DNA of 64,000 nt, from the NCBI RefSeq assembly GCF_964204645.1, contig NC_134030.1, forward strand, positions 13,634,656 through 13,698,655, read 5' to 3'. The position numbers and the translations under genes are program-made. This document shows positions 36,786-49,213 of this stretch, piece by piece. How positions within the stretch are numbered: position 1 is the stretch's first letter; each line of letters opens with the position of its first letter. The notes below the pieces were generated by a model. It did no database searches. It saw only the letters and a program-made list of their open reading frames with translations, and was not told the DNA's origin. This DNA comes from Tubulanus polymorphus. Taxonomy: Eukaryota > Animalia > Nemertea.

Positions 36786-39700
36786 CTAGCAAAGTACCCG
36801 TCCTGGCCGACGGGTAGAATATAATAAATCGCTAAGGTGCGGATAAAAATAATATAACATTTATTTATCGATATGAAATCTACACTATAAGTCAGGCATT
36901 AGAAACAAATATCAAAGAGAAAGTATTACAATATTTCGCTGTAAACTATGTTTTTGGTTTGTTTTTGAGGGGTGAGTACTGTAACACGACCATGGGTACC
37001 TACTCTGGAAGGGAAACATAGAGCATGCCATGTGTGAATGGTGAATTCCGGAAGTCCAGTCCAATGTATCTGAGTCTCTGTAGAAAACCAAGCAACAGCC
37101 GATGCTCACATCGCAGTAATCTCTACTATTAATGTCTGCATATATTAGATGATTTATTAGAGTACCATAGTTTATGCAGCCAATATTGAAAGAATTGAGT
37201 TTGACACTAAGGTCATTTAAATATATACAAAAAAGCAGAGGTGACAAAATTCCACCCTGTCTCACTCCATTGGACACATTGAAGCCTGATAAAGCTCCGT
37301 TCCATCTTACATGATATTGTTGAGTTCTATACCAAAATAAAAGTATCCTTATCAACCTACTATTAATTTTTAGATCTACAAGTCTTTTGAACATAGTCCA
37401 GTGATTTATCCGGTCAAATGCTTTTGAAGCATCTAGGAAGCAGGCAAATACTGGACCTCCAGCATCAATGTACTGCTGGACTGTCTCCTGAAGAACGAAT
37501 ATACAATGTTGAGTTGAATGACGCATTTTAAAACTGAACTGATTGTCGGTGGTTATTAACAGATCCTCACAAATAGATAAAACTATTTTCTCAAACACTT
37601 TAGATATGACTGTCACTAAAGTAATGGGCCTGTAATTACTAACACTGGACATATCCCCAGTCTTGTTTCTTGGTATTGGATTAATTATAACTTTTGAGAG
37701 ACGTTGGGGAAAAAACGAGTGCTGTAGCATAAATGTAAAACACATTGACAGTAATATAACGATAATCGGTGACGCATTTACTAAACTTTCAGCTTGTAAA
37801 TTATCAATACTGGGAGCTTTTCCAGTTTTAATTGACTTTATTGCACGATCCACGTCGTGGGGCGAAATCACGAGGTGGTCATCTAAACTAGAAGAGAGAA
37901 ATTCCTCTACATCTGATCTATTTCTATCATTAGTTACGGAGTTAAACAATTTCTGATAATGATCTCTCCATAATTCGGTTATTTCTTTATCACCAGTAGC
38001 GTGATCGATAGACGTTGATAGAGGGGCGCACTTATTATTGAAACATTTAACTTATTTCAGAATTGACACGGGTCCTTGGCGTATACGCTATTTGCTAAGG
38101 AATCGGATTTAAAAGTTTCCTCCTGTTTCCTACATTTTCGCAACGCCAGCTTGAAACGCGATCTCAGTAAGCATATTAGTTCTGAAGGGATTGTGATCGC
38201 TGACAGATTGTCGTCTGTTTTAAGTTTATATCGCGAGATTTCAGTATCAGATAGTTTGTCCCATCGAACACAACGTTTCGTTGACCTATCTGTTTTCGTC
38301 GATGGAATTTGTTTGACTGTTTTTGACAGCGAAAGCTCGAAACACAGGGGTCTATGATCGGAGATAATATATTGATATTTAACTTCGTACTTTGTAATTT
38401 TTCGATAGATCTGATAACTAGTCAGAATGTGATCCAGCCATGATGTTGTTCCATGCGCATCATTAATAAACGTAAAGGTATCTGGTGAGAGATTTTCTAG
38501 GTCGGCAGAAATAAGACTGTGATCCTCGGAAAAGCGTCGGAGAATATTTCCAAAGTTGGCAGACGGTGACGCGTTAAAGTCTCCCATTACCAAGAAATGA
38601 GCGCATGTTGATTCGTCGATTATACTTTTAATTTTACACAGATAATCTATAAATAGCGGCACGTTTTCGACAGTATCGGTCGGCAGGTAGACACAAAGAA
38701 TGAGGATGTCTCCATCTGCGTCGCTAAGTTTGATTCCAATGATTTTCGGATCACCATACGATATTCGATGTATTTAGAGTTAGACATTTGCGCCATAGAA
38801 AGGCTGTGCCACCGTATGGACGGCCAACCAAAATATCGCGAGAAGTATCGACTGCAGATTCCCCAAAATGGGTGAAATCGGGGCGGACCTTGTCCATGAA
38901 ATTAAGATCTTGGGGTAAAAGCCAGTGTTCTTGAAGGAGAACGATATCACTTTCGTTACAAAGTTTGTTTACATCTAAGATGTTATTTTTCAGAGAGTGA
39001 CAGTTGAACGTCGCTATTCTAATTGTGTTCATACCAGTCGTAGTCGTATCGTTCATATCGCTGTCCATACTGGTGATCATACCTGTGTTCATCATCTGGC
39101 ATTTCATAGCCTTGCCACCACGCATCTCTGTTTTCTGTTGTTGTACATCTCTGTCTTGTCTCGGTTTTCTGAATCTTTTTATGAATGTGTATTGTGGCCA
39201 CATTTCAAGGTTCGTGACCTGTTAGTAATTCCCGCCAGGTATTTTAACCCTGAAGGAGGAGTAGGTATCATATTTGGTCTTAAGTTTTGTGCACCAAGAA
39301 TTAATGCCCCACTGTTCCCGTATGTGGTTCGAGACATCATCGGCCGTAGTTCCAGGTCGCAAGCGGGTGATAAACAGCTCGACTGGGGGCTTTGCGCGCG
39401 GCACTCCCTGTATCTTAAAGTTCTTCTCAGTTTTCTTCGGATAATTAGATTTTCGACGCTGGCGATTAACTTCAGTCCAAGGGGTTGCATCATCGTCAGT
39501 GTGAGGAACAGTCTGCCCATGTTTAACGGCATCGCTATAAATAAGACCGGCAGCAAAGTCTTGCAGGTTCGATTGATTCGGGAGGGAATCTTACAGTCGT
39601 GCTTTCTAACGTTTTCGCAACAGTCGCACTTTCATGCGTTTTCGTATCTGGAAGACTAACAGTCGCAATGCATTGGACCGTAGTCTCTGGTGTGAGTTCT

Positions 39701-40767
39701 GGCATATCATGATCTGGAATAAAAACAGTTTTGTTGTCGTTCTCTACAGCACTGGTATCAGCATTCATACTGGTCAGTTGGAGTTGGAGCGATGTTATAG
39801 TCTTTTGAAGGTCTTTCATTTGTTGTGATAGCGAAGGGACGACCATCTAGTTTAAGTCGCTCACTGAGGAAACTCGGTAGAATATTTTTATCAGTCGATA
39901 CAATCAGTAGAAACATAACTTCTAGATTATTAAGGGACTTATTCGGGCCCTGGTGTTTCTTAATTCACGTTTCCGCTGGGTCAGTTTCAAAAACTTTTAA
40001 TAGAATCAATTTTGCTAGTTCAATCTCAGTTTCCGAGAAAGAATCAACGCACATTTTGACCAATACGTCCTGTTTGAATGTGTCAAGGTTATTGTGGAGA
40101 TAGCATAACAGATCATTTACTATAATGTTCCCGGTCCTAATATTGTTGCATAGGTGACATAAGTGCATGTCATTGTTCCGCAGTTCAGCAGATTCTTCTT
40201 GCCCGTTTGAACAGGGGCAATTAAGAACTGCATTGTCGTTGCAGTTAACAGTCGTCGTGTTCATTCATGCGTAACCGATCGTTGACCGTATATCGTGTAT
40301 GTATTACGAACGATTATACACGTCTTGCAGTAATTGTAGAAATTAGCAAAGTCAACGAAACACAGTTAATAACACAGTATTTACGAAACAATATCAAAAA
40401 GAGTATATAAGAAGCACAGTAACCTTTTTCGCGATTGAGAGTTCGCAGGTCTTCAACAAAATTAAATCCTTCTGGTCAGAATTTAACATTTTCCAGTTCA
40501 ACCTCCAAATATGACACTTAGTGAAGTTCCCGAATCTCTGTTTTCACATGACAGTCAAAGTTTTAATCCAATTGTCCACTGCGGTTGTTTCAGAGCCTCA
40601 AAGTCTTGTTTTGACATCAAATTTAAGTACTTATAAGACCGAAGTTCAAAAGCGACCAACACTTGCCGCCATTTTTCTATCCTTATCGTTATGAACTGTT
40701 GAAGTGACATACCTATCGACCCATCTGACGGAGAGTTGGCTCCTCTTTTTATATACAGTGCCTAGGA
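36786..40767 (-). mobile_element. Putative non-autonomous Helitron enclosing a LINE
   Basis: 3' end: hairpin tacccgtc...gacgggta then CTAG|T. Candidate 5' end: A|TCCTAGGCACTGTATATAAAAAG. Confidence 0.45.
37130..40440 (-). mobile_element. L2/CR1-group LINE (Daphne/Crack/L2B-like): ORF1 (from about 40264), ORF2 APE-RT (from 39032), truncated at the YADD motif
   Basis: ORF1: IVNDLLCY, F...EIELAK, LFITRL.P.TT, KLKTKYDTYSSF, WP. APE: ATFNC, LLQEHWL, GRPYGG, GDFNA, LDHIL, SDHRP. RT: NYRPITL, FLDASKAFDR, GVRQGGILSP, YADI. Few stops. Confidence 0.93.
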
Positions 40768-41535
40768 TACCAGGGGTCAAAATCCTTTCGTGTCAAGTCC
40801 CTATGACTTGCTTATGGTCTGTTTGTCCGTAATAGATGGAATCAAGTTATTTTGGCCAGTCTTGGCATATGCTTATGGGATTGTCTTAATATTTTTGAAG
40901 TAGGCAGGATCTAACGGTAAACAAGTGCAGAACCTGATCCACACCTCTCGTGATTGACGACCCAATCTACTTAACTAAAAATCACTGTTCTAGCGTCAGA
41001 ATATCTCAGGGAATCTAAATCAGTGATATATTTTAGGATATCTCCAAAAGAAGTAGACTTTTCGCCAGAATTTTTATCTCAAAATCGTGTCGATTTTTCA
41101 ATAGGATGCCATATTGGAATGGTCTATCTAAAGTTAAGATTTGTCAAAAGTATTTGCTGAAACGATGTGAGAGTAATCGGCACATAAAATGAATCAAACT
41201 TTTTTCAACTGACACTGGGGTTTTTGAAAAGCCGCCATTTTGGTTAAGACCCGGTTATACAATCTAAAATTTCCACTATAGAATTGCAAAAACACAGCCA
41301 ATATTAAGTTTTATGTCTTAGCTTCCCACAGGCCTGGTAATTGTTAACCTCTGAATGCAAATGGAAGCTATCAAATGAATGTACTAACACCTAGATACTA
41401 GAAAGATAAACCACTCCAGTACTTGTACTTTTTAAACTGGAATCAAATCATAAATCAACCTTGAAAGATTTAAGTGACTTCAGTGGGCCGAAAACTCACA
41501 ATATTATGAAGTTATAAATGGACCAATTTTTTCAG

Positions 41536-41674
41536 GCCAGTATTTCGAAGTTATAAACCTCAGGATCAGAGCTTGAAAGCGAATGAACTGCCGAAAGTGA
41601 AACCATTGGAAATCAAAGATTCAGTGAAAGAAAGATTAGAAGATTCAAAACCTACTCCAGTTGTCGAAGAAGTG
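41536..41674 (+). CDS. CCDC12: CCDC12 exon 2 (KPVFRSYKPQDQSLK...VVEEV)
   Basis: Acceptor ttttttcag; FRSY.P.D..LK motif; 139 nt; phase-0 donor GTG|gtgagt. Confidence 0.92.
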
Positions 41675-42026
41675 GTGAGTTAGGCTAAATAAATAATCCC
41701 CGACCTTAAATCATTTCAATCCTACAATCTGATTGAGGTACCATTGGTCAATATAAAATATCATGTTGTATCATTTTCTTCTTGCAAGCGTGGAATCATT
41801 TTTAGCCCCGTCTTGGCACTTAATTCCCAGCGCAACGCAAAATTACTTTCATCACAAATTGCCTTGCAACGCAAATTTGCGTGACATTAGTGAATATGGT
41901 CCTTTGGCCCCTAGTTTTGCAATAAGAAAACTTGAGTGGATTTATTCGAGTATCAATTCATGATACATTTTAAAAACCAGTAACACAAACAGATTTGAAA
42001 CCATAGATATTTTCATTTTGTTCCAG

Positions 42027-42138
42027 GATTTGGCAAATCTAGCACCACGAAAACCGGACTGGGATTTGAAACGTGACATAGCAAAAAAGTTGGCCAAATT
42101 AGAAAAAAGAACGCAACGAGCAATCGCTGAATTAATAA
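42027..42138 (+). CDS. CCDC12: CCDC12 exon 3 (DLANLAPRKPDWDLKRDIAKKLAKLEKRTQRAIAELI)
   Basis: Highly conserved Cwf18/CCDC12 signature; acceptor ttttgttccag; phase-1 donor A|gtaagt. Confidence 0.96.
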
Positions 42139-45100
42139 GTAAGTTTATTTGTAATGCCCCCCAGTTCAACTATAGTAAAGAAGTTCACTCCCATCATCAA
42201 ATGTCAAATCTGACATGAACACACATGTGCAACTACTGCTCAACCTTTGTCTTTGGCCAAACAGAAAAGATACCTTGTTTCTCATTTCCGGCCGGGTCCA
42301 GTAGATTCATGGTAAAAATTGTGAAGATAAAATGCAGTGGCCAGTCCTTGAGTTAATACCTTAGATAATAACCGGCCAGGTGGGTAAGTGTAAATAATTT
42401 GTCGATTTTTTCCAATTTTATTTAATTCCATTTTATTTGATTTTCTTCAAAATTGGATGGTAAAGTGTGAGGGCAGGACTCGTACTGCTACGGGGTTGAA
42501 TTTCAGAATTTGTCATCCGCAGCAAGTTACTTTCAGACATGGTGTGGGTGGCAGAAGTGATCCCCAGCAAGTCTAGCTTTCACCACAGCAAGTGCCCATC
42601 TTAAAACAATAACCGATAATAAATGATAATAAAATAGCGTGACCAGGCATCACGCTGGGCCGTATTTATGTCAGATAACCGGACATGTTCCCAATCCAAA
42701 GCTAATTGAATTTTCCCCAAAAAAATTCCCAATGAACTCTTGTTTAAATTTTTCTATTTGTTATGATGTTGTAAGCATCGTTAAAATGCAAACATATTCT
42801 CTACAATAACGTAATTGAAGTTTAATATAGTTCTACTGTAGACCTAAACTGCCCCGAGGCGGTCTCTTCACCGTAAAAACCAGCGTAAATTAATTGGCTA
42901 GCTGTTCCGCCCCAATTATATCACTCGAATTTATTGAGTATGGGAGCTTCAGTCTCAGTCGCAAGAAATATTGATGACAAAGTCGAAGTTTAATAACGTA
43001 TTCCACAAAATAAACGAGACATTTTGATGGATAGAGTTTATTTTGTTCGAAAAAAAAACCTTCATTTAAACACCGAAATTATATCAGCGTACCACGGCAG
43101 GTAGCGTGCATCCACTATTTTCAGCAGTGATAACATCACACGCAGAATACGCCCGAGATCTGTGTTTTGAGCAATGCTGAGATCTAATCCTAAGTAGAGC
43201 CTAATTAAAGCTGGCATTAAGTGTTATCAATTGAACCCGTAATTTTAATGCCCTCATGTCAGCAATCGTTGGAGCCCAGCTATCTTGTATTTAGTTAGCG
43301 ACACTGATGATTTTGATATTTCTAATACTTAGTGCACGCGTTGTCAGCAATAATGCGTTAACCATTGACCATTTATGTATCAATTACGTGAAGTAATAGA
43401 TAACGCTTCCCACGGAGCAGATTAGTGTTTTTGCCGCATGCATAAAGACATGCATCAACAGACCCACATTTTGAATTGCAAATTTGAAATCAAAGTTTTA
43501 AGAAATTTGGGGAATTATGAGATTCGGCGATTGGGTGAGGTGACGCAGGTCATCGACTCAGTAGTGGTTTAATTGTTTTATTGATATTTGTCAATAATTA
43601 ATTGCCTCCATGGTTAAGGAAAGAGCTTGTCTGATGTCTGCTTCATCGTGACTCTTGGAGCATATCGTGTGGCCAGCCATTGAGCCCACGTCAGGCGGCT
43701 GTCACTCTATATCCTCTTGAGTCTGGGTTGAATAGACAATCTCATTTAAAATAACTTGTTTATGTTATTCTGTATGAATCACGTATGTGTTTTGTATGTT
43801 GTATTTTCTTATTCTAATATTTGTAACTTTATTGAATTTGGGAATTTTATATGAAATAAGGATCAGTAAGGAATTGGATTGAATTGTTACTTAATACAAA
43901 TGCCAACAGCTATGCTATTATAAATTGCTAATCTCATGAAACCTGCATACCCCTGATATCGAACATATTTTCTAAAACATTAGAATATTGAAATTATATG
44001 TTTACACATTTTTATATTGACCGCTTGTAGCCGCCGATGAAATTCACGCCGGCCCTACACAGATCGTAGATAGCTTCGTCATTCCACCAGCATCCCCATG
44101 TCAGGGTCCTACTTTTATATCAGACTTCCAAATCGTGTATACATCCGCCATTTTGATCGAATAATCCGAGTTACTTATCATTTCGATTCATGCCTGCCGC
44201 TTCTGATATAATCAAACATCCATTACTATTACAATACATCTTCTAATGATATTCAATGCAATATAACATTTCAACGTTCAAATAGAGCTCATTATATAAT
44301 CACATGAAGACATTCTACATCTTTGTCAATAATATTTTGCCAAACAGCTTGTATGTGTACACATAGATCTGTGAGGTTTTGCACATCGATTTATGGTTGT
44401 CGTTTGTAAAATGACACAGTATGGTTATCATTGTTTAGGTTTCATAATGGTAACGTTTTATAAGGCGTCAAAAAACTTATATAGCAACTTGTGATTTTGT
44501 TTGTCCCGAGTAGTTTATGCTTAAGTTTTAGTTGTTTGATGTCATTGTCTCATGGGATCAAAATTTTCAAGTCCAAAATTCCCATGATTAATCTTGCGTA
44601 ACTGTCGTTCTTCCGCTGGTGAATATTGTTTTCCTGTTCCACTTGGTCAATCGTAAGACTAGCTATAGGCGCTCAGGCTACAGCTAACAGTTGGCCTTAA
44701 GGTTCAGTCTGTGAACAGCTTTAAAACACTCATGTTAAATCATAGGTGAAGCTTGTACCCCATGAACTGCATGGTCATTGGCCTATGTCATGGGTTCTTG
44801 GCGATTGTGCCGAGAGCAGACTGTATACAGTGATCATGGGAAGTATACTTACTGACGTTTTACCTCGATAGTATAGATTAAACATGCACCGCATCAACAC
44901 AGTTATTTCCATTCACTTTTCAAGTTCTAAGTCAATACTGAAACCCATCATGGAAAGTTTCTTTCTGGTTTAAATATCTTGGCCGGAGTGATATGATTGA
45001 TATTAAACTACGTCACTGGTGTCGTTAGTAAGGAGATCCTAAGTAGCCTAAATTACCGTGCTATCTTCACTGAAATCACACCATTTCGGGACAGGTAATT

Positions 45101-46071
45101 AAGTATGAAAGAAAGGGATTCCCCCCTCAAGCTCCCCCCACTCGCGGCCCAGCTTCGCGGCTCGCTTGTCAACGACTTTGAATCAGCGATTTTTTTCCTA
45201 TTTTCTATTCCAAAAACTCATCAACAAAAAAAGAGAGAGGGATGAGAGGACATGTAGGTTTATTTCCAAGCAAGATGACATCCTTAGCAAACCTCTCTTC
45301 CCAAGACTAACATAATCAGAGAGTAAAAGGAACTTGTGTTCAGCATAAAATTATTAAAAGTACTCGAGAAATACCCGTGGAAACTACGGGTGATTTCATT
45401 TGGCCCAGAACATCTAAATGTTCAACTAATTGGCAATGGAATTTAGTCGGGCCATTCCAAAACTATGTGTCCCTGCCCATGGAACTTACTGGGCCAGAGA
45501 CTGTTTAATAAAACTGCTCTGTGAAATTGTTTTGATGAAAGTCAATAACTAAAATCCTTGCTTACTGATTGGCTGATATTTTGTCTGCTTCGGTTAAGCC
45601 CCCTATAAATATTTTCACACCCGTTTATACGCATTGAATTAGTTTATATAATGACTGACTACCACTCAAAATGCCTCAAAAAACTACCTCAACAAATAAG
45701 ATGCACTGTTGATATCATCTCACACCAAGTGGCGGTTGCTCACCAAATTTTGGTTTGATTGCTTCATGTGCCTGCTCATAATGGGTGTATGAATTCGCTG
45801 ACGAATTTAATCATTGTCGCAATCAGGCGAAAAAATATGCTGGTGTGCCCATAGCTTAAGTAAAATAGCGTTGATGTGGTGATGATATTCATATAAAAGA
45901 AAAGTCTTGGAGGGTGGTAATACAAATTTGAATCCATTTCTTGGTACACATTGATGCTGTAGGAATTTTGTTGCCAATTAGTAGGGTTTTCTGTTTCTTC
46001 ACAGAAAACCCTATTGATATTCCCGTGATTATTATTATTACATGTATTTGATACTACACATTTTTTGTTAA

Positions 46072-46684
46072 CCCTTTTAAGTTCTAGTTTTTTACTCTGT
46101 TACTACCTTAGAAATTCAATTATTTTCGGCTGTTGTTGTGCTTTTGTAGACAATATTATGACCTTTCATATGATACCATGTTTGAGTATTTTAGTTATAT
46201 GTTACCACATAGCAGTGGTCAGTATTTGTCAAGATTCATCAGAGTCAGGGCCAGGACTTGGCCTTGAGAAGGGTTTGATTTTCATCGTCGATATCATAAA
46301 TATCATCTGAACTGTTTTATAAAGTCACTGGATTCACTGTCTATTAGCTCAAAATCATCGTCTCCAAACTCATCATAAGCAAAGATTTATAATTAGACTT
46401 GATCTGTATTCATGATTATACCTCATTTATTTCGAAGAAATGACAAATTTTGATTCAAAATTGCTCAAAAACAATAAATTGCAACCATCAAAAAATTTTT
46501 ACGGCGAATAATCGACAGAAACGCCATCTACCAACTAATGATGTGCTATGATGAAAACTTGTAGGTGAAACGACGATGATTTACACATTTACAGCACACG
46601 CCGGGGCTCGACCTATGGTCGAGCATGAACGTGAAGCCAATGTTTTTCTGTCTCCACCTAGGGTCGAGCATGAACTTAAAAGGG
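46072..46684 (-). mobile_element. piggyBac-type deletion derivative, TTAA TSD, nested in family A copy 3
   Basis: TTAA|CCCTTTTAAGTTC ... GAACTTAAAAGGG|TTAA; subterminal repeat ggtcgagcatgaac x2; acidic coding remnant on the - strand; absent from copies 1 and 2. Confidence 0.85.
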
Positions 46685-48337
46685 TTAAATGTGCAAAGGC
46701 TTTCTTACCTTAACGCTGTTTCCGATACAATCCGTTTTATTTCATTTAGCTCAATAACATATGATTCAATCAACAGATACTGCATGGGAATGTTGATGAA
46801 TCAACGTTACAAAAGCACTCTCGGGCTGTAAACATCAAAAATTGAGCCCCATTCAATGAGGCGACATATTTTTTATAGTCGTCATCCCAAAATCATCTGC
46901 GGGCTGCTCGTCACTTCGATTATCAATTCAAGTATAAATAAGCAAATTTATTGCCGCAAGACTTCACATTCAGCCGCGGCCATCAAACAGTAATTTTAAT
47001 AATTACCCATTTTCTTCATCGGTACATTTTACCGATCCACATGATATTTACTACTCTAAGTATCATAAGCACTGTCGAGCTGTAAAGATCAATGAATCAA
47101 CGTGTGTCTTTCAGGGATGAAAATCTTCCGACCAGATGGATTTCCGACCTTTTCTAACATTTTCTTTATTCCTGAGAACAGTGTAAATCACCTCCATCGC
47201 TTTAATCACCTAAATCGCGGGCGTCACATCGTAGCGCTCCGACGGTTTTCGGCAGTTGTTAGCACAACTGTGGAGTCAGAGAAACCAATATGGCTTCTCA
47301 TTCAAAAAGCGGCTCTAATTCAGGCCCAAACTATTAACATTTTGACCAAAAGGAAGTAAGTTTTTTGGCTGAAAGTTACTGATTTTTGTTCCCCAAAAAG
47401 ATTCGTTTTTTTTTTTGAAAATATTTTCCGACTTTTTCAAAATGGGCCGTTTTCATCCCTGGTCTTTACATCGTCGTTCCGCGGATCCGCTGCGAGTTTT
47501 CCTCGCCATGAGAATCAAATCAAGTACAAATGAATTTATTACTCCCAGTGATTTTCCCGCGGGCTTCAAACAGATAGTATTAAGATATTCGATTTTCCTT
47601 TACCAAATTTATCGGATATTTACTACAATAAATCATTTTAAGTACCGGCGAGTTGAAGTCCTAAATTAAACAGGCCGAACAGATTCAGCTGAGAAAAGCT
47701 GTACTGTTGACAAGGTATCAAAATAAATGAATGTATTACTACGTATACAGTGATTTGGCCCGGGCTTCAACCATGCATCAGTATCCTATTACTTATACAT
47801 TACATACCAATATTTTCCAAATCTACGGGATATTTACTAAATACCTGTATATGACATATGATTATCCGTAAGCTGCACTCACGCTTGATATTCGTATTTA
47901 GTGTTCTGATAACTCGAGTGATAGGAGATCATTTCTAATCCGCTTGAAGTTTTTGTTGAGTTTTTGGCGACCTTGAGGCCTACTGAGCTTTTCTGTTTCA
48001 AACAAATACAATATAATTGTTGTATTTATTTATGGACACATGGATTGAACTTCAAACACAATTTGCAATAAAAAATCCAGCAAGATTGCTAAGACTCGTA
48101 GTACAAAAGATTTGTTTCTTCTTTGAGACCTAACCCTGTTAAATTAAGGTGTAGGAATACGATCTTCAGCAGGGTTAAAGTGCAATAGGCCTAAGCCTCC
48201 TCTGGCCGGTTGCTAGGCCAACGCGAATACGTGGGCCTACATCTGCTCAAGAATGAAGATTATTTTTGAAAAGCTGTAAGTATCCGTCTATTCAGGCAGC
48301 TTTATAAAGAGTTTTCATCATTGATGAAACTGGTATT

Positions 48338-49213
48338 TTTAGTCCAATTGGGAGTTTCGTCTCAGCGGGCTATTGCGTTCACTTTTCGTCAGTCCGTAGA
48401 CGGAATCCAGTTATTTTGGGAAGATTTGATGACACTTCAATGTAATGTCTTGATATTTGGGCTACACATGTATCTACCCTAGACACATCTTCAGGACAAA
48501 AACTGGCCTTGTCGGAATCAAAATGGCCGACTGGCAGCCATTATATTTTTCGACATTATAATGATACCTAAGCATATTTTGTTACCACAAAGAATTAGAA
48601 AGTTGTAGCTTATAACGTGTTCTATGTGGTGAGTTTGAAGGTCATTGGTTTTTGTATATGGCCACCAGAGGGTGTTGAATAATACAAAATCTTAGTATTT
48701 CTATATAATATTTGTACCGATGCATATTTTGTTACCACAATCAATTGCAAAGTTGTAGCTCATGACATCGTCTATGATTGTGGTTAGTTTTAATGACATT
48801 AGTCATTCTATATGGTCCCCAGGGGGCGTTAAATAGTAGAATTACTTAGTATTTCCTTATTATATTGGTACCTAGGCATATTTTGTTACCATGATCAATT
48901 GCAAAGTTATAGCTCATGACATCGTCTATGATTGTGGTGAGTTTCAAGGTCATTGGGTTTTGAATATGGTCACCAGGAGGCGTTGAATAGTAGTATAACT
49001 TAGTATTTCCATATTAAATTGGTAACAAGGCATATTTTGTTATCGCAATCGATAACAAAATTGGAGCTGCTGACATGTTCTATGATTGTGCTGAGTTTCA
49101 AGGTTGTTGGTTTTTGTATATGGTCACCAGGGGGCGTTTAATATTGAAATTGTTAGATTGTTGAGCATTTGAAACCACTTCCCAAGTGGGCATGGTGTCC
49201 CTGGAACCCTAGT
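48338..49213 (+). mobile_element. Family B element, copy 3 (internally deleted, nested in family A copy 3)
   Basis: Same termini and tandem cores as the other B copies; empty site gaaactggtatt|tcattaatt in family A copy 2 (about 31535). Confidence 0.85.

Noticed and set aside
38997-39659. 220-aa plus-strand ORF
   Set aside because: Antisense shadow of LINE ORF1, with no recognisable motifs.
42828-43203. Academ-like TAG-terminal element
   Set aside because: Only a weak match of about 10 bp between the ends.
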